A DNA stretch of 64,000 bases from an uncultured Verrucomicrobiae bacterium (GCA_963735805.1 CAVTMK010000002.1:160001-224000), one strand, 5' to 3'; positions 1 to 10,116 are shown, counted from the first letter of the stretch. Notes: generated from the sequence alone by a model not told the origin. Program-made: numbers and translations.

Positions 1-1307
1 CTACCACTTTCGCTGCGCCGGGGGCCAAGTTTCAGAACAAGGAAAAGCAAGCCAACTTCGGCGACATGAAGGTCGGAGGGTACGCCTTCTTCAACGATGC
101 GGTGTTCGAGGGGCCGGTAAATTTCGGCCTGGCAGAAATCGCCACCGCTCTCTCTGCAAATCAGGCAAAGTTTAAGAACAAAGAAACGGAAGCCAACTTC
201 AGTAGCATGAAGGTCGGAGGCCACGCCTTTTTCAACGATGCGGTGTTCGAAGGGCCGGTGAATTTCGTCCTGACGGACATCGCCGGCGCTTTCCATGCGA
301 ATGGGGCAAAGTTTCACAACAAGGAAAGCGAAGCCAACTTCAACAGCATGAAGATCCGGGGCGACGCCTTCTTCGAAAATGCAGTATTCGAAGGACCTGC
401 GAATTTCGTTTCGGCAGATATCGCGAGCAATTTGCAAGCGCAAGGCGCCAGGTTTCAGAACAAGGAGAAGTACGCCAGCTTCGGCGGCATGAAAGTCGGA
501 GGGTACGCCGTTTTCAGCGATGCGGTATTCGAAGGACCGGTTAACTTCGTCGGCGCAAACGTCGCCGGCAATTTCGCAGCGGGAAAAGCAAAGTTTAAGA
601 ACAAAGAACAGGATGCCGGTTTCGGCGCCATTAAGTTTGGAGGATACGCCTTTTTCAATGATGCGGTGTTCCAAGGGCCGGTCAACTTCAACTACGCCGA
701 CTTTGCCTGGCTCGATCTGTCGAAGACTGTCTTGCCAAAGGTCGCCGCCAAATTCCATATGCAGGGAATGAGCTACAAATACATTCGTGCGGCTCCCAAC
801 GAACCCGAATCACATAGAGCGCTTTTGGAATTGGCGGACCAGTCGGCTTACAGCGCCGATGTGTACAATCATCTCGAAGAATTTTTTCTTCGACAGGGTT
901 ATCGTGACGATGCCGATCGCGCTTTCATTGAAGGAAAGCGCCGCGAACGAAAAGAAAATCTTCACGGCTTCAGTTGGGTCGGGAGTTGCTTGATCGATTG
1001 GCTTGTGGGCTATGGGCGTCGTCCGTGGCAGGCTGGCATTCCTTGCGCAGCGTTGATCGCATTAGGCTGCGTCCTTTTCTCGCCCAGAAAAATGGAACCG
1101 CAAAAACCAGACGACACGCCCCGGGTTTACAGTCGCTTCTGGTATAGCCTGGGCTTGTTCCTTCCCTTCGTGGATCTCCAGGCGGATAAAGTCTGGAAGC
1201 CAAAGGCCGATCAGACTTTTCTAAGAAATTATATGCGTGTGCACATAATGCTGGGATGGATTCTGGTTCCCCTCGTTCTTGCCGCGCTAACGGGTCTCAT
1301 CAAGTAA
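1..1307 (+). CDS. Repeat-rich (47-aa tandem repeat, pentapeptide-like) protein with C-terminal membrane domain; 5'-truncated by the window edge
   Basis: Frame is open from base 3. Units MKVGGxAFFNDAVFEGPVNF...AKFxNKExxANF start at 66, 207, 348, 489 and 630 (141-bp period). C-terminal hydrophobic segments include YSLGLFLPFVDLQ and MLGWILVPLVLAALTGLIK. Confidence 0.75.
   Translation, partial: TTFAAPGAKFQNKEKQANFGDMKVGGYAFFNDAVFEGPVNFGLAEIATALSANQAKFKNKETEANFSSMKVGGHAFFNDAVFEGPVNFVLTDIAGAFHANGAKFHNKESEANFNSMKIRGDAFFENAVFEGPANFVSADIASNLQAQGARFQNKEKYASFGGMKVGGYAVFSDAVFEGPVNFVGANVAGNFAAGKAKFKNKEQDAGFGAIKFGGYAFFNDAVFQGPVNFNYADFAWLDLSKTVLPKVAAKFHMQGMSYKYIRAAPNEPESHRALLELADQSAYSADVYNHLEEFFLRQGYRDDADRAFIEGKRRERKENLHGFSWVGSCLIDWLVGYGRRPWQAGIPCAALIALGCVLFSPRKMEPQKPDDTPRVYSRFWYSLGLFLPFVDLQADKVWKPKADQTFLRNYMRVHIMLGWILVPLVLAALTGLIK
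3..700 (+). repeat. 141-bp intragenic tandem repeat, at least 5 units
   Basis: ATGAAGGTCGGAGG-like unit starts at 66, 207, 348, 489, 630. Confidence 0.9.
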
Positions 1308-1379
1308 AACGACCGCGTCAATCCGCAAACGGACGGAAATCATAAAACTAAGTCGGCTCCTTGGCTTGGAGACAGGTCT

Positions 1380-1403
1380 GCCGCGGTCAGCGCCCGCGGC
1401 TAC
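1380..1403 (-). repeat. GTAG-type REP-like palindrome, family A
   Basis: gccgcggtcagcgcccgcggctac; matches consensus GCCGCAGTCAGCGACAGCGGCTAC. Confidence 0.75.
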
Positions 1404-1481
1404 AAGGTTGCAGTCACGGCGGCGACCGTCGCCACAACGCGCAGCTTGCAATCGTGGAAGGCGACTGCTTCGCTCTGATTG

Positions 1482-1928
1482 ATGAGCAAATCGTATCTTC
1501 TTTGGGCCCTCATCGGGATGATCGGCTACTCGGTGACGGCAACTCTGGTCAAGCTGGCTACTCAGAGCGGGCGATTCTCCAGTTATTTCGTTCTTATGAT
1601 TTCCTCCGCCATGGTGGTGGCGACCTCAACCACCATCACCGTCCTCCGCGGAGACATTAAAACATTCTCCCGGGACAATCTTGCCAGCGCCGACGGCATG
1701 TTTGCGCTCGGCGCGGGCGTCACGTTGGTAATTGCGGTTGTCTTTTATTTCCTCGCGTTATCTCAAGGGCCGACCAGCGTTGTCGTCCCGATCTATGGCA
1801 TGTTCGTCGTTGTCGGCGCCGTGCTGGGATTGGTTTTCCTGCACGAACCGTTCACCGTGCGCAAAGCTCTCGGTATCCTCCTCGCCGCCGTTAGTATTTA
1901 TCTTATCGCAGGCCAGCCGGGACGGTGA
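1482..1928 (+). CDS. EamA/DMT family small membrane transporter
   Basis: About 5 hydrophobic helices; FYFLALSQGPTSVVVPI and LVFLHEPFTVRKALGILL motifs. Confidence 0.8.
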   Translation: MSKSYLLWALIGMIGYSVTATLVKLATQSGRFSSYFVLMISSAMVVATSTTITVLRGDIKTFSRDNLASADGMFALGAGVTLVIAVVFYFLALSQGPTSVVVPIYGMFVVVGAVLGLVFLHEPFTVRKALGILLAAVSIYLIAGQPGR

Positions 1929-1952
1929 AGCGATGACGGATTAAAATCGAAG

Positions 1953-2045
1953 GCCGCAGTCAACGACAGCGGCTACAGCGCGCTCACTCATGCATCGTGA
2001 GCCGCTTATGATGCGATTAGATAACAGCCGCAGTCAGCGACAGCT
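1953..2045 (-). repeat. REP-like family A copies (1953-1976 complete, 2027-2045 partial)
   Basis: gccgcagtcaacgacagcggctac and gccgcagtcagcgacagct. Confidence 0.75.
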
Positions 2046-2098
2046 CTGAAAGTTTTGAAGAATGAGCCCGTTTCCGTCCCGTTGTTGCATTAAGGAGT

Positions 2099-3271
2099 AT
2101 GAAACACTTCTATTTCACAAAAAGAAAACTCCGGCTTGTGCCGGCAACAATCACCGCGCTCGCGCTGGCAATATCCATTCCACTGTCTGCGCAAACCATT
2201 ATCACCTTTGACGCGCCGGGGGCGGGCACGGGGCCCAATCAGGGCACTTATGCCCTGGACATCGAGCCGTCGGGGACAACCATAGGATTCATCCGTGGCG
2301 CGAACGACGTGCGACACGGTTTCATCCGGTCCCACGATGGCAGGTTCACCATCTTCGACGCGCCGGGGGCGGGCACAGCAGCCGGTCAGGGGACACGAGC
2401 GTACTCCACAAACGCGACTGGAAGTATTACGGGGCATTTCACTGACTCGGCTGATACTGCTCACGGCTACGTTCGCTCTAATCAAGGCGTGATTACCGTC
2501 TTCGATGCGCCTGGCGCGGGCACGGGAATCAACCGGGGCACCTTTCCTTTTAACAGCCCAAACCTAATCAGCCCGGACGGGACGATCACGGGATACTACG
2601 TTGACTCCGCTCTCGTGAATCACGGCTTCGTAAGGGACAGGAACGGCGCCATCACCACGTTCGATGCGCCGGGTGCGGGCACCGGAGCCAGCCAGGGTAC
2701 GCAACCTTTCGCGATCAACGACAACGGCGAGATCACAGGATTCTATTTCGACGGTACCAGTGCAGTCCACGGCTTCCTGCGGGACAGGAGGGGCAGGATC
2801 ACGACATTCGATGTTCCGGGCGGGGGCACAGGCCCTTTCCAAGGTACGTATGCCGGAGGTTTTACTCCGAACGGAACGATCATGGGAGTCCTCTTTGACG
2901 CCAACTATTTGAGTCATGGTTTCGTGCTGGATAAACATGGCACAGCTACGGTGTTCGATGCTCCGGATGGCGGCACCGTCCCAAATTCCTTCCAAGGTAC
3001 CTATCCTTGGGGAGTCAATCCGAGTGGAGCGATTACTGGATGGTATGTTGACGATTCAAATGTGAATCACGGCTTTGTGCGCGATAAACACGGCGCCATT
3101 GTTGAGTTCGACGTTCCGGGCGCAGGCACCGGGGCCGGCCAGGGTCCGAACGTCTACAGCATTTCTCCAAACGGCACGGCGGTCGGATTTTTCTTCGATG
3201 CGAACAACGTGGTTCACGGATTTGTGCGAGAAGGGCATGGCTGCGCGATGGGCCAATTTTCTCAGCAGTAA
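2099..3271 (+). CDS. Secreted repeat protein with seven ~50-aa repeats; probable beta-propeller (HAF-like extracellular repeat)
   Basis: AAGGAG RBS, signal peptide, 7x FD(A/V)PGAGTG..QGT...G.ITG.Y.D....HGFVR. Confidence 0.75.
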   Translation: MKHFYFTKRKLRLVPATITALALAISIPLSAQTIITFDAPGAGTGPNQGTYALDIEPSGTTIGFIRGANDVRHGFIRSHDGRFTIFDAPGAGTAAGQGTRAYSTNATGSITGHFTDSADTAHGYVRSNQGVITVFDAPGAGTGINRGTFPFNSPNLISPDGTITGYYVDSALVNHGFVRDRNGAITTFDAPGAGTGASQGTQPFAINDNGEITGFYFDGTSAVHGFLRDRRGRITTFDVPGGGTGPFQGTYAGGFTPNGTIMGVLFDANYLSHGFVLDKHGTATVFDAPDGGTVPNSFQGTYPWGVNPSGAITGWYVDDSNVNHGFVRDKHGAIVEFDVPGAGTGAGQGPNVYSISPNGTAVGFFFDANNVVHGFVREGHGCAMGQFSQQ

Positions 3272-3546
3272 TCCGGATCGATCGATGCTGCTAAACCAGA
3301 GTCTTCCTGAATCATCGACAACAAAAGATTGAGATTCAGCCCGGTGGACCTGAAAAACCGGTCCATCGGGCGGTCTCGTTTAAACAGTGCACGAAGAAAG
3401 AATTTAGTATCGACCCGTTTATGGTGCGACGTGTTGTAGAGTTCCGAGAAGACATCGACGCGCAGGACGAAGAGGTCTGGCTGGACGCCTCGCCACGGGA
3501 TGCGCTAGGTTTTGCCGTTATGGCAAGGGTTCGCACTGAGAGGCCC

Positions 3547-4116
3547 ATGCCGTCCGCCGCGGCTCCGTTGACTTCGCCTCTGGTGCGTGAGGCGAATCAT
3601 GCCCGGCGGAACGATGCCGCTGCGATTAGCGAGATGATGCCGGAGGTTTACGAAGACTTGCGTCGTCTGGCTGAGACCTTTCTGCGGGGCGAACGGACCG
3701 CTCATACTCTTCAGCGAACAGCGCTCGTGCATGAGGCTTTTCTTCGCCTGATCGGCGAGGAGAATCTAATCTGGCAAAATCGCAGTCACTTTATCGGAAT
3801 CTTCGCGCGGGTGATGCGACAGACGCTGACTAACTACGCGGTGGCGCGACACCGTTTGAAACGTGGCGGCTCGGATCCTCTGAGACTTACTCTCGAATTT
3901 TACGACAGGAGCAAAATTGATGTGACTGCGCTCGACGAGGCGTTGCACGCGCTGGAAGCTCTGGACGAGCGGCAGACGCGCATCGTGGAACTGCGGTTTT
4001 TCGCCGGGCTGACTGTCGAGGAAACAGCCGAGTTACTGGAAATTTCGCCGGCCACGGTGAAGCGGGACTGGACCCTGGCGAAAATTTGGCTCCGGCGAGA
4101 ACTATCTGTGAATTAG
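3547..4116 (+). CDS. ECF sigma factor of the kinase-associated TIGR02999-like type
   Basis: VYEDLRRLA, HTLQRTALVHEAFLRL, VELRFFAGLTVEETA, SPATVKRDW. Start uncertain (3421 or 3547). Confidence 0.9.
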   Translation: MPSAAAPLTSPLVREANHARRNDAAAISEMMPEVYEDLRRLAETFLRGERTAHTLQRTALVHEAFLRLIGEENLIWQNRSHFIGIFARVMRQTLTNYAVARHRLKRGGSDPLRLTLEFYDRSKIDVTALDEALHALEALDERQTRIVELRFFAGLTVEETAELLEISPATVKRDWTLAKIWLRRELSVN

Positions 4117-4166
4117 AGATCAAATTCTTCGTGGCCACAAAAACTACCCAATTCGGGCAAGGGAAC

Positions 4167-7112
4167 ATCGACCCGCAACGCTGGGATCTTTTGAAAACGA
4201 TTCTGGGCGAAGCGTTGGAACAAAACTCTTCAGCGGCCCGGATCGCGTTGGTGGAGAGCCGCTGCGGTGGAGATACGGATTTGCTCGAAGAGGCGGAGTC
4301 GCTCCTGGCGGAAGCGGAGGCGATTCTTAAGGAGCGTAGCGACAGCTTCGAAGATTGCGCGCAGAACGCAGCCTCCACTTTCTGGCAGGAGGGACCGCCG
4401 CGCGGCGGAGAGCGCGTGGGCGCGTATGTCATCGTGCGTGAACTGGGCCGCGGCGGGATGGGCACAGTTTTCCTGGCGGAACGCGCTGATGGTCAATTTG
4501 AGAAACAAGTCGCGATCAAGATACTGAATCGAGGCGCCGACACGGCTGAGATCCTGCGGCGCTTCCGAGCGGAACGCCAGATCCTGGCCAACCTCGATCA
4601 TCCAAATATCGCGCGGCTGCTCGATGCCGGCACCACCGACGATGGTCTCCCCTACTTCATCATGGATTACATTGTCGGGGTACCGGTTACCCGATTTGCA
4701 GTCGCGCAAAAACTATCGACTCGTCAACGACTGGAGTTGTTTTTGAAAATCTGTGCCGCGGTGGAGTTCGCGCATCGGAATCTGGTTGTCCATCGCGACA
4801 TCAAGCCCAGTAACATTCTCGCAAACGCAGAAGCGGAGCCGAAGCTGCTCGATTTCGGGATCGCCAAGATCCTGGCGAAAGACGAAGACGCGGCGCAATC
4901 GATTACCGAAGGACAGCAGCATCTCACGCCCATCTCCGCTTCGCCCGAGCAGGCGAAAGGAGAACCGATAACAATCGCTACTGATATTTACTCGTTAGGC
5001 GCGCTGCTGTACGAAATGTTGAGCGACCAAAAGCCTCACCGATTTTCCACAGCCCGTCCCACGCATGAGGAACTGGCTTTGGTGGTGGGTGAGCAAGTTC
5101 CGCCGCCGCCCAGCGCTATTGCTTCTGATGCGCGCACCGCGCGGCAGTTGCGCGGTGATCTGGACGCGATCGTCCAGTTGGCGATGCGAAAGGAACCCGA
5201 GTTACGTTATGCCAGGGTAGCAGATCTCGCGGCTGATATTCGCCGCCATCTCGCGCGAGAGCCTGTTGTCGCGCGTCACCCCACTCTTGGTTATCGCGCG
5301 AAGTGTCTGCTCAAGCGAAATGGATCACTTCTGGTGACCAGCGCGGCTGTCGTGCTTGTGCTGGCCGGAGTTCTGTTCACGTTCCGGGCCCGGTCTCAGC
5401 AAAATGCGCGTGAAGCGGCAGACATGGCGGCGGGGGGATTCCGTGCACCAGCTCCGGATATGCGAAAAAGTATTGCAGTCCTGCCTTTCGAAAACCTGGG
5501 TGACAACAACTCTCCATCATATTTTGCCGATGGTGTTCAAGATAACATTCTGACCGATCTCGGTAAGGTGGGAGATCTGAAGGTCATCAGCCGTAGAGGT
5601 GTCGCGGCCTACCGGGACAAGAATAGAAATATGAAGCAGATCGGGCGTGACCTGGGTGTTGCGAACGTGCTGGAGGGAAGCGTGCAGATTTCGGGCGATC
5701 GCGTGCGGATTAACGCTCAACTCATCGACAGCCAGACGGACACCCAGCTTTGGGCGGAGGAATACGATCGCAAATTGGAGGACCTCTTCGCGCTCCAGAG
5801 TGAGCTCGCGCAGACGATCGCAGCCCAACTCAAAGCAACCCTCTCCACGGACGAAAAGGCTGAGATTTGGAGACAACCCACGCGGGATTTGCAAGCTTAT
5901 GATCTTTATCTCCGCGCCCGCGCTGCCTTGCGTGGTGAAGGTGCAGTTATTCCGCGCGAGAACTGGAACGCAGCAGTCGATTTTCTCGACAGGGCGATCG
6001 CTCGCGACCCAAAGTTCACTCTCGCCTATTGTCTGCTGAATGAGGCTTACGTTTTACAGTACCGTTTTGGCGAGGATCATTCGCCGCAGCATCTCGCTGC
6101 CGCGAAAGAAGCGGCGGAGACTGCGCTGCGACTCGAGCCGAATCGAGAAGAAGCACGCCTTGCACTTGCTCGATACTATTACCATGGGTTAAGGGACTAT
6201 CGTGGGGCGGAACATGAGTTATCGAGTCTCCCTTCTTCCGCGCCTCATGGAGTTGAGTTCTTTACCCTGGCTTCACAAGTCGAACGCCGTTTGGGGAAAT
6301 TTGCGGCAGCGATTCGCGATGGCGAAAAGGCGGTTGAGCTCGATCCGCAGAATGCATCGCTCGCTGCCAGTCTCGTGCAGACGTATTCGGGATTAAGGCG
6401 ATTCGGCGATTCAGAGCGCGCAGCGAACGCGGCCATTGCGCGACTGCGCGGAGCAAAGTCGACGGGACTTTTGGTGGTCAAGAGCGACTCGGCAGTGGGA
6501 ATGGGGAATCTCGAAGAAGCGCACACCGCGCTCGATTCAATCCATGATAGCGATGACGGGGATTACCAAGCCGCGCGACTCCGGCTCTACCTGGTCGAAA
6601 GAGATTACAGTGGAGCGAAAGCTTTCGCTGCGAAGATGACCGACGAGGCAAAAAGAAGGCCGGATTTCTGGCTCACCCTGGCAGCAGTTGCTCACGCGGA
6701 GGGTAAGGTAAGCGAGGAGCATCAGGCCTATGCGGAGGCGAAGCGCTCGGCACTGCTTGCACTCAAGCCGCGGCCAGATGACCCCGGACTCATTGGCCAA
6801 CTAGCGATCGCCGAGTCTGCGCTCGGCCAGAATGAAGAGGCACTCCGCCATGCGCGTCACGCCGCCGAGATGCTTCCGTCGAGCGTGGATGCTATCGGCG
6901 GTGCCATGTGCGAGATGAATCTCGCGGCAGTGCTGGTTATGACGGGAGACCGCGACGCTATTTTCGACCAATTAAGCAAGCTGGTGAAGCTGCCGTTTAG
7001 TCTTACCCATGGCGATTTGAAATTAGATCCGGTCTGGGATGACATTCGGGACGATCCCCGCTTCGATCGCATCCTGGCGGAGTCTGCTTTGCCTCTAGCG
7101 ACTGACGGCTAG
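4167..7112 (+). CDS. Membrane Ser/Thr protein kinase with TolB-like and TPR domains
   Basis: GRGGMG, VAIK, HRDIKPSN, DFG, a TM helix, KSIAVLPFENL TolB-like module, TPRs. Start uncertain: frame is open from 4086, family-like start maps to 4167. Confidence 0.9.
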   Translation: MDPQRWDLLKTILGEALEQNSSAARIALVESRCGGDTDLLEEAESLLAEAEAILKERSDSFEDCAQNAASTFWQEGPPRGGERVGAYVIVRELGRGGMGTVFLAERADGQFEKQVAIKILNRGADTAEILRRFRAERQILANLDHPNIARLLDAGTTDDGLPYFIMDYIVGVPVTRFAVAQKLSTRQRLELFLKICAAVEFAHRNLVVHRDIKPSNILANAEAEPKLLDFGIAKILAKDEDAAQSITEGQQHLTPISASPEQAKGEPITIATDIYSLGALLYEMLSDQKPHRFSTARPTHEELALVVGEQVPPPPSAIASDARTARQLRGDLDAIVQLAMRKEPELRYARVADLAADIRRHLAREPVVARHPTLGYRAKCLLKRNGSLLVTSAAVVLVLAGVLFTFRARSQQNAREAADMAAGGFRAPAPDMRKSIAVLPFENLGDNNSPSYFADGVQDNILTDLGKVGDLKVISRRGVAAYRDKNRNMKQIGRDLGVANVLEGSVQISGDRVRINAQLIDSQTDTQLWAEEYDRKLEDLFALQSELAQTIAAQLKATLSTDEKAEIWRQPTRDLQAYDLYLRARAALRGEGAVIPRENWNAAVDFLDRAIARDPKFTLAYCLLNEAYVLQYRFGEDHSPQHLAAAKEAAETALRLEPNREEARLALARYYYHGLRDYRGAEHELSSLPSSAPHGVEFFTLASQVERRLGKFAAAIRDGEKAVELDPQNASLAASLVQTYSGLRRFGDSERAANAAIARLRGAKSTGLLVVKSDSAVGMGNLEEAHTALDSIHDSDDGDYQAARLRLYLVERDYSGAKAFAAKMTDEAKRRPDFWLTLAAVAHAEGKVSEEHQAYAEAKRSALLALKPRPDDPGLIGQLAIAESALGQNEEALRHARHAAEMLPSSVDAIGGAMCEMNLAAVLVMTGDRDAIFDQLSKLVKLPFSLTHGDLKLDPVWDDIRDDPRFDRILAESALPLATDG

Positions 7113-7231
7113 CGCCCACTTTCAGTGCGCATTAGCATTCGTTAGGGGTTGATGGGCGGTCGACTTAGTTGAGCGATGATGAGGTAATTCGTGAATCGTC
7201 AGACCGGATATGTTGCTGCTGACACAGCAAA

Positions 7232-7281
7232 GCCGCAGTCAGCGACAGCGGCTACAGCGTGGGCGAAACGCCTGCCACTAC
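7232..7281 (-). repeat. REP-like family A copy plus companion palindrome ggcgaaacgcctgccactac
   Basis: gccgcagtcagcgacagcggctac at 7232-7255; companion unit recurs at 9191-9211. Confidence 0.8.
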
Positions 7282-7325
7282 AGCATTGCTGCTACAACAA
7301 TGAGATGAAACTTCGACGTTCACTC

Positions 7326-9077
7326 TCAGGTTTTCGCTTGTTGCTTTTGCGCGGCTTGAGTCTTAATCCAGGCTTCCACTCTTTCCTGCAGCAGGTCTAA
7401 CGGCATCGCGCCGCCGTTCAATATTTCATCGTGGAACGCTTTGAGATTGAATTTTTCTCCGAGTTGGCTCTTCGCTTCATCGCGCAACTTGAGAATGGTT
7501 AACTGACCCATCTTGTAAGCGAGCGCTTGCCCGGGCCAGGCGATGTACCGGTCCGCTTCAGTCTGCGCCAGCGCGTCGTTGATGTCGTTGGCGTGCATGT
7601 AATCGATCACCTGCTGGCGGCTCCAGTTTTTGTCGTGAATCCCGGTATCGACCACCAGCCTGACGGCGCGAAGCATTTCCGAACTCAACCGGCCGTAGTC
7701 AGACACAGGGTCCTGGTAAAAACCGATCTCTTTGCCTAACACCTCGGAGTAAAGCGCCCAGCCTTCGGCATACGCGCTAAAAAAACCGTGCAGCCGAAAC
7801 TTCGGCAAGCCTTCCAGCGTCTGGGCGATACTGATTTGCAGGTGATGACCGGGAACGCCCTCGTGATAGGCAACGGCTTCGTCGTCGACCAGGGTACGCT
7901 TGGTGGGGTTAGAGACGGCAACAACGACGCGGCCCGGACGTTTCCCATCCGGCGTGCCCGGGACGTAATGGGTCGCGGCGGCTTTGGCGAATTCAGGAAT
8001 CGGTTCCACCGTGACTGGCGACTTCGGCAGCAATCCAAATAGTTCCGGCAACTTCGGCTCCATTTGATGGATGTATTTTTTGTAGTCGTCCAGAATCTGT
8101 TGCTCGCTGGTCGGTTTCCACTTGGGATCGTTGTTGACCGCTTCCCGGAAGCTGGCCAGGTCTTTGTATCCCTGGCTCTGGGCCAGCTTGGTCATCTCGG
8201 CGGTGATGCGCGCTACTTCCTTGAGCCCGATCTCATGGATGTCGGCCGGCGGAACGTTGACTGTGGTCATCGTTTTCACCGCTTCGGCGTAGCGCCGTTT
8301 CCCGTCAGCGAGGCTTTCGATCGTCAGCTCGGTTCGTCCTTTCGGAGCGTACTCGGTGCGCAAGAACTCGGCGAACTTTCGATAAGCGGGAAACACATCG
8401 TCGGTAACCGCCTTGGTGATCTCGTCGCTGAGGCGTTTCTTGTCTTGCTCGGAAAATTCCGCGGGAAATTTTTTGGTCGGTTCGAGGAACGGATTCGCAG
8501 CGATGATGCCGTCGCATTGGCCGGGCAACTTTTCGACGACGAGCCTGGGCGGCATCAGGTGATCCTTCTCGCCCAGCCGCATTACCTCTGTCGTCTGTTC
8601 CAGCACCCGCGGGATCTGGTGTAATCGGGAGATGTAATCCTGGTAATGCGGGACGGAATCAAACGGCGCCGCGTTCGGCAAATCGGCCAGCCGAGTGTGC
8701 ACACCGTTCTGCTGGTTCACCGGCATCTCGTAATTCTTCAGTGCGTAGTTCACGTCTTCGCGCTCCAGTTGCTTTTCGAGGATGCGATGACTTAAGAGGT
8801 CGTTGTCGCTCATGCCATCGGTCGCGATCGCCCTTAATCGAGCGAGAAAGGCATCGTTTTCCGCATGTTGCCGGGCGATCTCCGCGAGCGAAACCTGTCC
8901 AAGCTGCGAGTTGTAACGGTAATCGCCGTACTGTGTTGCCCGCTCCGGGAAATTCTTAAGCCCGGCTTGATAATACTCCTCAAAAAGCGCGTTCTGCTTT
9001 TCTACCCGATCCGACACCGTTTGCCCAAAAGCAGAGCAGGCCAACCCGAGAACCAACCCAAAAACCAGTTGTCGCAT
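7326..9077 (-). CDS. DUF885 family secreted protein (putative metallopeptidase)
   Basis: Signal peptide; HEGVPGHHLQ, AYAEGWALYSE, RAVRLVVDTGIH, PGQALAYKMG. Confidence 0.9.
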   Translation of the reverse strand: MRQLVFGLVLGLACSAFGQTVSDRVEKQNALFEEYYQAGLKNFPERATQYGDYRYNSQLGQVSLAEIARQHAENDAFLARLRAIATDGMSDNDLLSHRILEKQLEREDVNYALKNYEMPVNQQNGVHTRLADLPNAAPFDSVPHYQDYISRLHQIPRVLEQTTEVMRLGEKDHLMPPRLVVEKLPGQCDGIIAANPFLEPTKKFPAEFSEQDKKRLSDEITKAVTDDVFPAYRKFAEFLRTEYAPKGRTELTIESLADGKRRYAEAVKTMTTVNVPPADIHEIGLKEVARITAEMTKLAQSQGYKDLASFREAVNNDPKWKPTSEQQILDDYKKYIHQMEPKLPELFGLLPKSPVTVEPIPEFAKAAATHYVPGTPDGKRPGRVVVAVSNPTKRTLVDDEAVAYHEGVPGHHLQISIAQTLEGLPKFRLHGFFSAYAEGWALYSEVLGKEIGFYQDPVSDYGRLSSEMLRAVRLVVDTGIHDKNWSRQQVIDYMHANDINDALAQTEADRYIAWPGQALAYKMGQLTILKLRDEAKSQLGEKFNLKAFHDEILNGGAMPLDLLQERVEAWIKTQAAQKQQAKT

Positions 9078-9132
9078 ATTGGTGCACGCTAGCAGAATGG
9101 CGTCACCGCGCACGTTGTGATTAGGGTTGAAT

Positions 9133-9211
9133 GCCGCAGTCAGCGACAGCTCCGAAAGCGTTCGCGAGCTGGCGGCCTACATCAGTTCGCAGGCGACACG
9201 CCTGCCACTAC
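9133..9211 (-). repeat. Composite REP-like cluster
   Basis: gccgcagtcagcgacagct...ggcggcctac followed by aggcgacacgcctgccactac. Confidence 0.7.
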
Positions 9212-9246
9212 AGCGTGAATGATCAAAAGAAAAGTCGATCTGACGT

Positions 9247-10116
9247 TTAGCCGGCGATCGTGTTCAATTCTTTAATTGCCTCGTCAGGCAATTGAAGGCC
9301 AGCGCCAGCAACATTCTCTCTCAGATGTTCCACGGATGATGTTCCGGGAATGAGCAGAACGTTCGGCGAACGTTGAAGCAGCCACGCCAATGCGACGCTC
9401 ATTGGCTTGGCATTTAAGCGCGCGGCGACGTTCGACAAGGTTTCGGATTGCAGCGGGGTAAAACCACCGAGCGGGAAGAACGGCACATAACCAATTCCCT
9501 GTTCGGCAAGGGAATCGATGAGCGCGTCATCCTGACGGTTGGCGATGTTGTAGAAGTTTTGGACGCACACTACCGGAGCGATCGATTGCGCTTCGGCGAT
9601 TTGCTCGGCGGTGACATTGCTTACTCCAAGGTGCTTAATCAGACCCGCTCCCTGCATTTCCGCGAGCACGCGGAACGGTTTCGCGATCGAACCTGGCGTT
9701 GGCGAGTCCAGGCCACCGACCCGCAGATTGACCACATCAAGGGTGTCGAGCCCAAGGTTTGCGAGGTTATCATCGACAGCTTCCCGGAGTTGATCGGGCG
9801 CGAGCGCTCTCGGCCAATTTCCTTCCGCGTCCCGCCGCGCACCGAGTTTGGTGACAATCCGTAACTGCTCCGGATATGGGTGCAGTGCTTCTTTGATCAG
9901 TTGATTAGTGATATGCGGCCCATAAAAGTCGCTAGTATCGATGTGATTGATTCCGAGCCTAACGACCTCACGCAGGACTGCGATCGCGCCGTCATGATCT
10001 TTTGGTGGCCCGAAAACGTGTGGACCAGCGAGCTGCATGGCGCCGTAGCCCACGCGAGCCAGGATCAGGCCATCGGCCAGCTTCAAGGTGCCGCCGGGCA
10101 AGGTGGTGGAGGCCAT
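9247..10116 (-). CDS. Aldo/keto reductase
   Basis: RVGYGAMQL, IDTSDFYG, GVSNV, LLIPGTSSVEHLREN. Confidence 0.9.
   Translation of the reverse strand: MASTTLPGGTLKLADGLILARVGYGAMQLAGPHVFGPPKDHDGAIAVLREVVRLGINHIDTSDFYGPHITNQLIKEALHPYPEQLRIVTKLGARRDAEGNWPRALAPDQLREAVDDNLANLGLDTLDVVNLRVGGLDSPTPGSIAKPFRVLAEMQGAGLIKHLGVSNVTAEQIAEAQSIAPVVCVQNFYNIANRQDDALIDSLAEQGIGYVPFFPLGGFTPLQSETLSNVAARLNAKPMSVALAWLLQRSPNVLLIPGTSSVEHLRENVAGAGLQLPDEAIKELNTIAG

Noticed and set aside
2200..3230. Recurring GACGCGCCGGGGGCGGGCAC DNA repeats as a non-coding array
   Set aside because: Explained by in-frame protein repeats with synonymous variation
7191..7400. 69-aa ORF MNRQTGY...PQSATAAT
   Set aside because: Translation of a REP cluster overlapping the 3' end of the DUF885 gene
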